Origin: a virus
Lineage: Duplodnaviria > Caudoviricetes
DNA: 64,000 nucleotides
Reading direction: 5' to 3' (one strand)
Virus record (IMG/VR): IMGVR_UViG_2834631226_000004
Coordinates: 1-64,000 of that record
Shown here: piece after piece, positions 62,424 to 64,000 of the stretch
How the letters are laid out: each line of letters begins with the position of its first letter
Numbering within the stretch: the stretch's first letter is position 1
Notes under the pieces: generated by a model
What the model was told of the DNA's origin: nothing
What the model saw: only the letters and a program-made list of their open reading frames with translations
Databases searched by the model: none
Translations under genes and position numbers: made by a program

Positions 62424-63257
62424 TTAGGCTGCCCAAGGGGCCGGTTGACGCTTCGGCGGCTCGTAGCCGATTGGATAGCCGAGACCATCCTCGCCTTCAT
62501 CGTACCGGCTCTCGTCGAACTGCTCGCCCTTCAACCCAGCGATCTTCTTGAACAAACCGATCGCGCTGCCTGGCTGCTCTTCGTTGTCGTTTGCCACCCA
62601 CGATTCCTTGCCTTCATCATCGACGGTCAGGGCAGATATTGCCGCATCGAGAGAGAAAGGCGTGCCTTCCGTGCCGAGAACAACCTTCTCGCCATAAGCG
62701 CCGCCGATCTGGTCTTTCAGCTCCTCCCACGTGTCGATCTTCACCTTACGTCCTGCCAACACGATCTTGAGGATATCGCCCTTGCCGATCGTGTAGCCGC
62801 GATCCTGATACTTGAGGACGCGCGTCGCCGACGCCAGTGGGTATCGGGTGCCGGAATGGAATCGCAGGAATCGCTGTGAATTGTGCTTCAGGAAGTCGTC
62901 GTGGAATGAGAATTCGTCACTGTCGAAATCCAGCGCACCCATGACGGCCGTGAAGTCGAACGCGTCGAAGATGTCCTGCGCCGTCGGGAAGAAATCGAAG
63001 TGCATGAACTGGATCGGTGTGCCGCCGCTTTCTGCAAACGTCACGGCACGCTTTGTCGTTGAGACGCACCAGAAACCATTTTCGTAAGCGTCTGCGACTG
63101 CATATTCGAAGGCCTCGCGGCTCTTGAAGTAGACATCAACGTCGTTGATATCTCGATTGGTGAACACGCTTGTCACCGCTCCGCCGGCCGCGAATGCGCC
63201 GGGGATCGGGTAGCATTTCTCCGTGATCTTTCTGGCTTCCGCCTTGTAACTGCTCAT
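62424..63257 (-). CDS. Putative Pol-beta-superfamily nucleotidyltransferase (CCA/poly(A) polymerase head-like)
   Basis: AGGAVTS..DINDVDVYF, FDAFDFT, RV.KY..RGY. Confidence 0.6.
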   Translation of the reverse strand: MSSYKAEARKITEKCYPIPGAFAAGGAVTSVFTNRDINDVDVYFKSREAFEYAVADAYENGFWCVSTTKRAVTFAESGGTPIQFMHFDFFPTAQDIFDAFDFTAVMGALDFDSDEFSFHDDFLKHNSQRFLRFHSGTRYPLASATRVLKYQDRGYTIGKGDILKIVLAGRKVKIDTWEELKDQIGGAYGEKVVLGTEGTPFSLDAAISALTVDDEGKESWVANDNEEQPGSAIGLFKKIAGLKGEQFDESRYDEGEDGLGYPIGYEPPKRQPAPWAA

Positions 63258-63317
63258 GCAAATCTCCTCAAACGTGGTGAATTAGCGGGCCGCTGGTGAG
63301 GCAGCCCGCGTTGGTGG

Positions 63318-63875
63318 TTATTTGCTTCCCCAGGGCCGGCGCGTCGTGCCAGCAGCCACAGCGGCAGGCTTGTTGTCGTTGCTGGCGGCAGTTCGGCGGT
63401 TGTCATTGGCGGCGGATGGCTGAGGCGCAGGCTGGTTGGCGTCGATCTCTGGCGCGGGAACATTGCCTTCGTCTTCGAAGAAATAGCGTTTGATCTCGGC
63501 GCGCGCCGGGTAGCCGTTCTGCGCCTTACCAAGGCCGATCTTGGCAGTGAACGCCAGGAAGTGAAGCTCTTCGCTGTCCTCGATCGAAGACACGCCAACG
63601 GCACGGCAAAGGCTGGCGAACTGCTTCTGCCCGATCTCCTGGGCTTGCGGGTTGGAGTTCTCGAGATTGTAGGTCGTGAAGAGCTTGCGGCCCTTTAGGC
63701 TTTCAGGCTCGATGACCACCATCGTCGTCTTGAGGATGGTGCCGTTGCCTGCCTTCGTCGGGCCGACGTCGCTGGCCTCGATTTCCAGCTTGTAAATGCC
63801 GTTTGGAAGTTCGGCGTAGTCGTTCTGCTGTGTGTCGTGTGCGGTCGCATCAAATCTTTGACCAAGTCCTGCCAT
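63318..63875 (-). CDS. DUF669-family protein (putative ssDNA-binding)
   Basis: LPNG.Y..I..S....G..L....GRKLF..N..N..AQEIG..L..A.G..L...I..NEIK-like; AAGGAG RBS. Confidence 0.75.
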   Translation of the reverse strand: MAGLGQRFDATAHDTQQNDYAELPNGIYKLEIEASDVGPTKAGNGTILKTTMVVIEPESLKGRKLFTTYNLENSNPQAQEIGQKQFASLCRAVGVSSIEDSEELHFLAFTAKIGLGKAQNGYPARAEIKRYFFEDEGNVPAPEIDANQPAPQPSAANDNRRTAASNDNKPAAVAAGTTRRPWGSK

Positions 63876-64000
63876 GCGTAGTCTCCTTGTGGTGTGGTGG
63901 TAGTGGTGGTTAGCGAAGGTAGTAGCGGAAAGGCCCGCTACCGAATTGCGTCGATGCGTGGTCACGCCAGACATGAATGAGCCAGACCCAGATTAGTTGG

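Larger units (their letters stand above)
10899..64000 (-). mobile_element. HK97-like cos siphoprophage (continues beyond the window end)
   Basis: Contiguous replication, packaging, head, tail and lysis modules, mostly on the minus strand; integrase not in the window. Confidence 0.92.

Noticed and set aside
409-63410. ANDN copies as fragments of a tmRNA gene or ssrA attachment sites
   Set aside because: Codons vary synonymously, flanks are unrelated, and no tmRNA tRNA-like domain is present.
1-64000. Integrase, repressor and att duplicates of the large prophage; integrase of the satellite
   Set aside because: No tyrosine or serine recombinase motifs found; they are presumed to lie outside the window, so exact element boundaries are not claimed.

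Overview
A rhizobial (Rhizobium/Agrobacterium-like, Alphaproteobacteria) window that is almost entirely phage DNA, with two elements on either side of one host tRNA-Ser(GCT) at 10524-10614. Left (1 to ~10523, running off the window start): a small satellite-like element. It carries an HK97-fold capsid, a cold-shock-domain gene, a packaging HNH, a cos-like site, a tail chaperone, an HK97-gp10-like gene and a tape measure protein, but no visible terminase, portal, protease or tail tube. Its accessory block holds a minimal kinase-like ORF and a RelE/colicin-like nuclease convergent on a promoter- and terminator-bounded four-helix RNA. Right (~10900 to beyond 64000, mostly minus strand): an apparently intact HK97-like cos siphoprophage with replication, three orphan DNA methyltransferases, an initiator tRNA, head, tail, lysis, a LexA-boxed SOS operon and a nucleotide-metabolism cluster. 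No integrase or att duplicate is visible in the window. The three strongest observations are: (1) 16 in-frame copies of the peptide ANDN, the start of the alphaproteobacterial tmRNA (ssrA) tag, built into phage proteins, several completed by a C-terminal AA; (2) a 43-bp cos-region block shared by the satellite and the neighbouring prophage, with paralogous capsid, HNH and tape measure genes; (3) the tRNA-like RNA/nuclease pair. All protein assignments come from motif recognition by eye; no database searches or folding programs were run.
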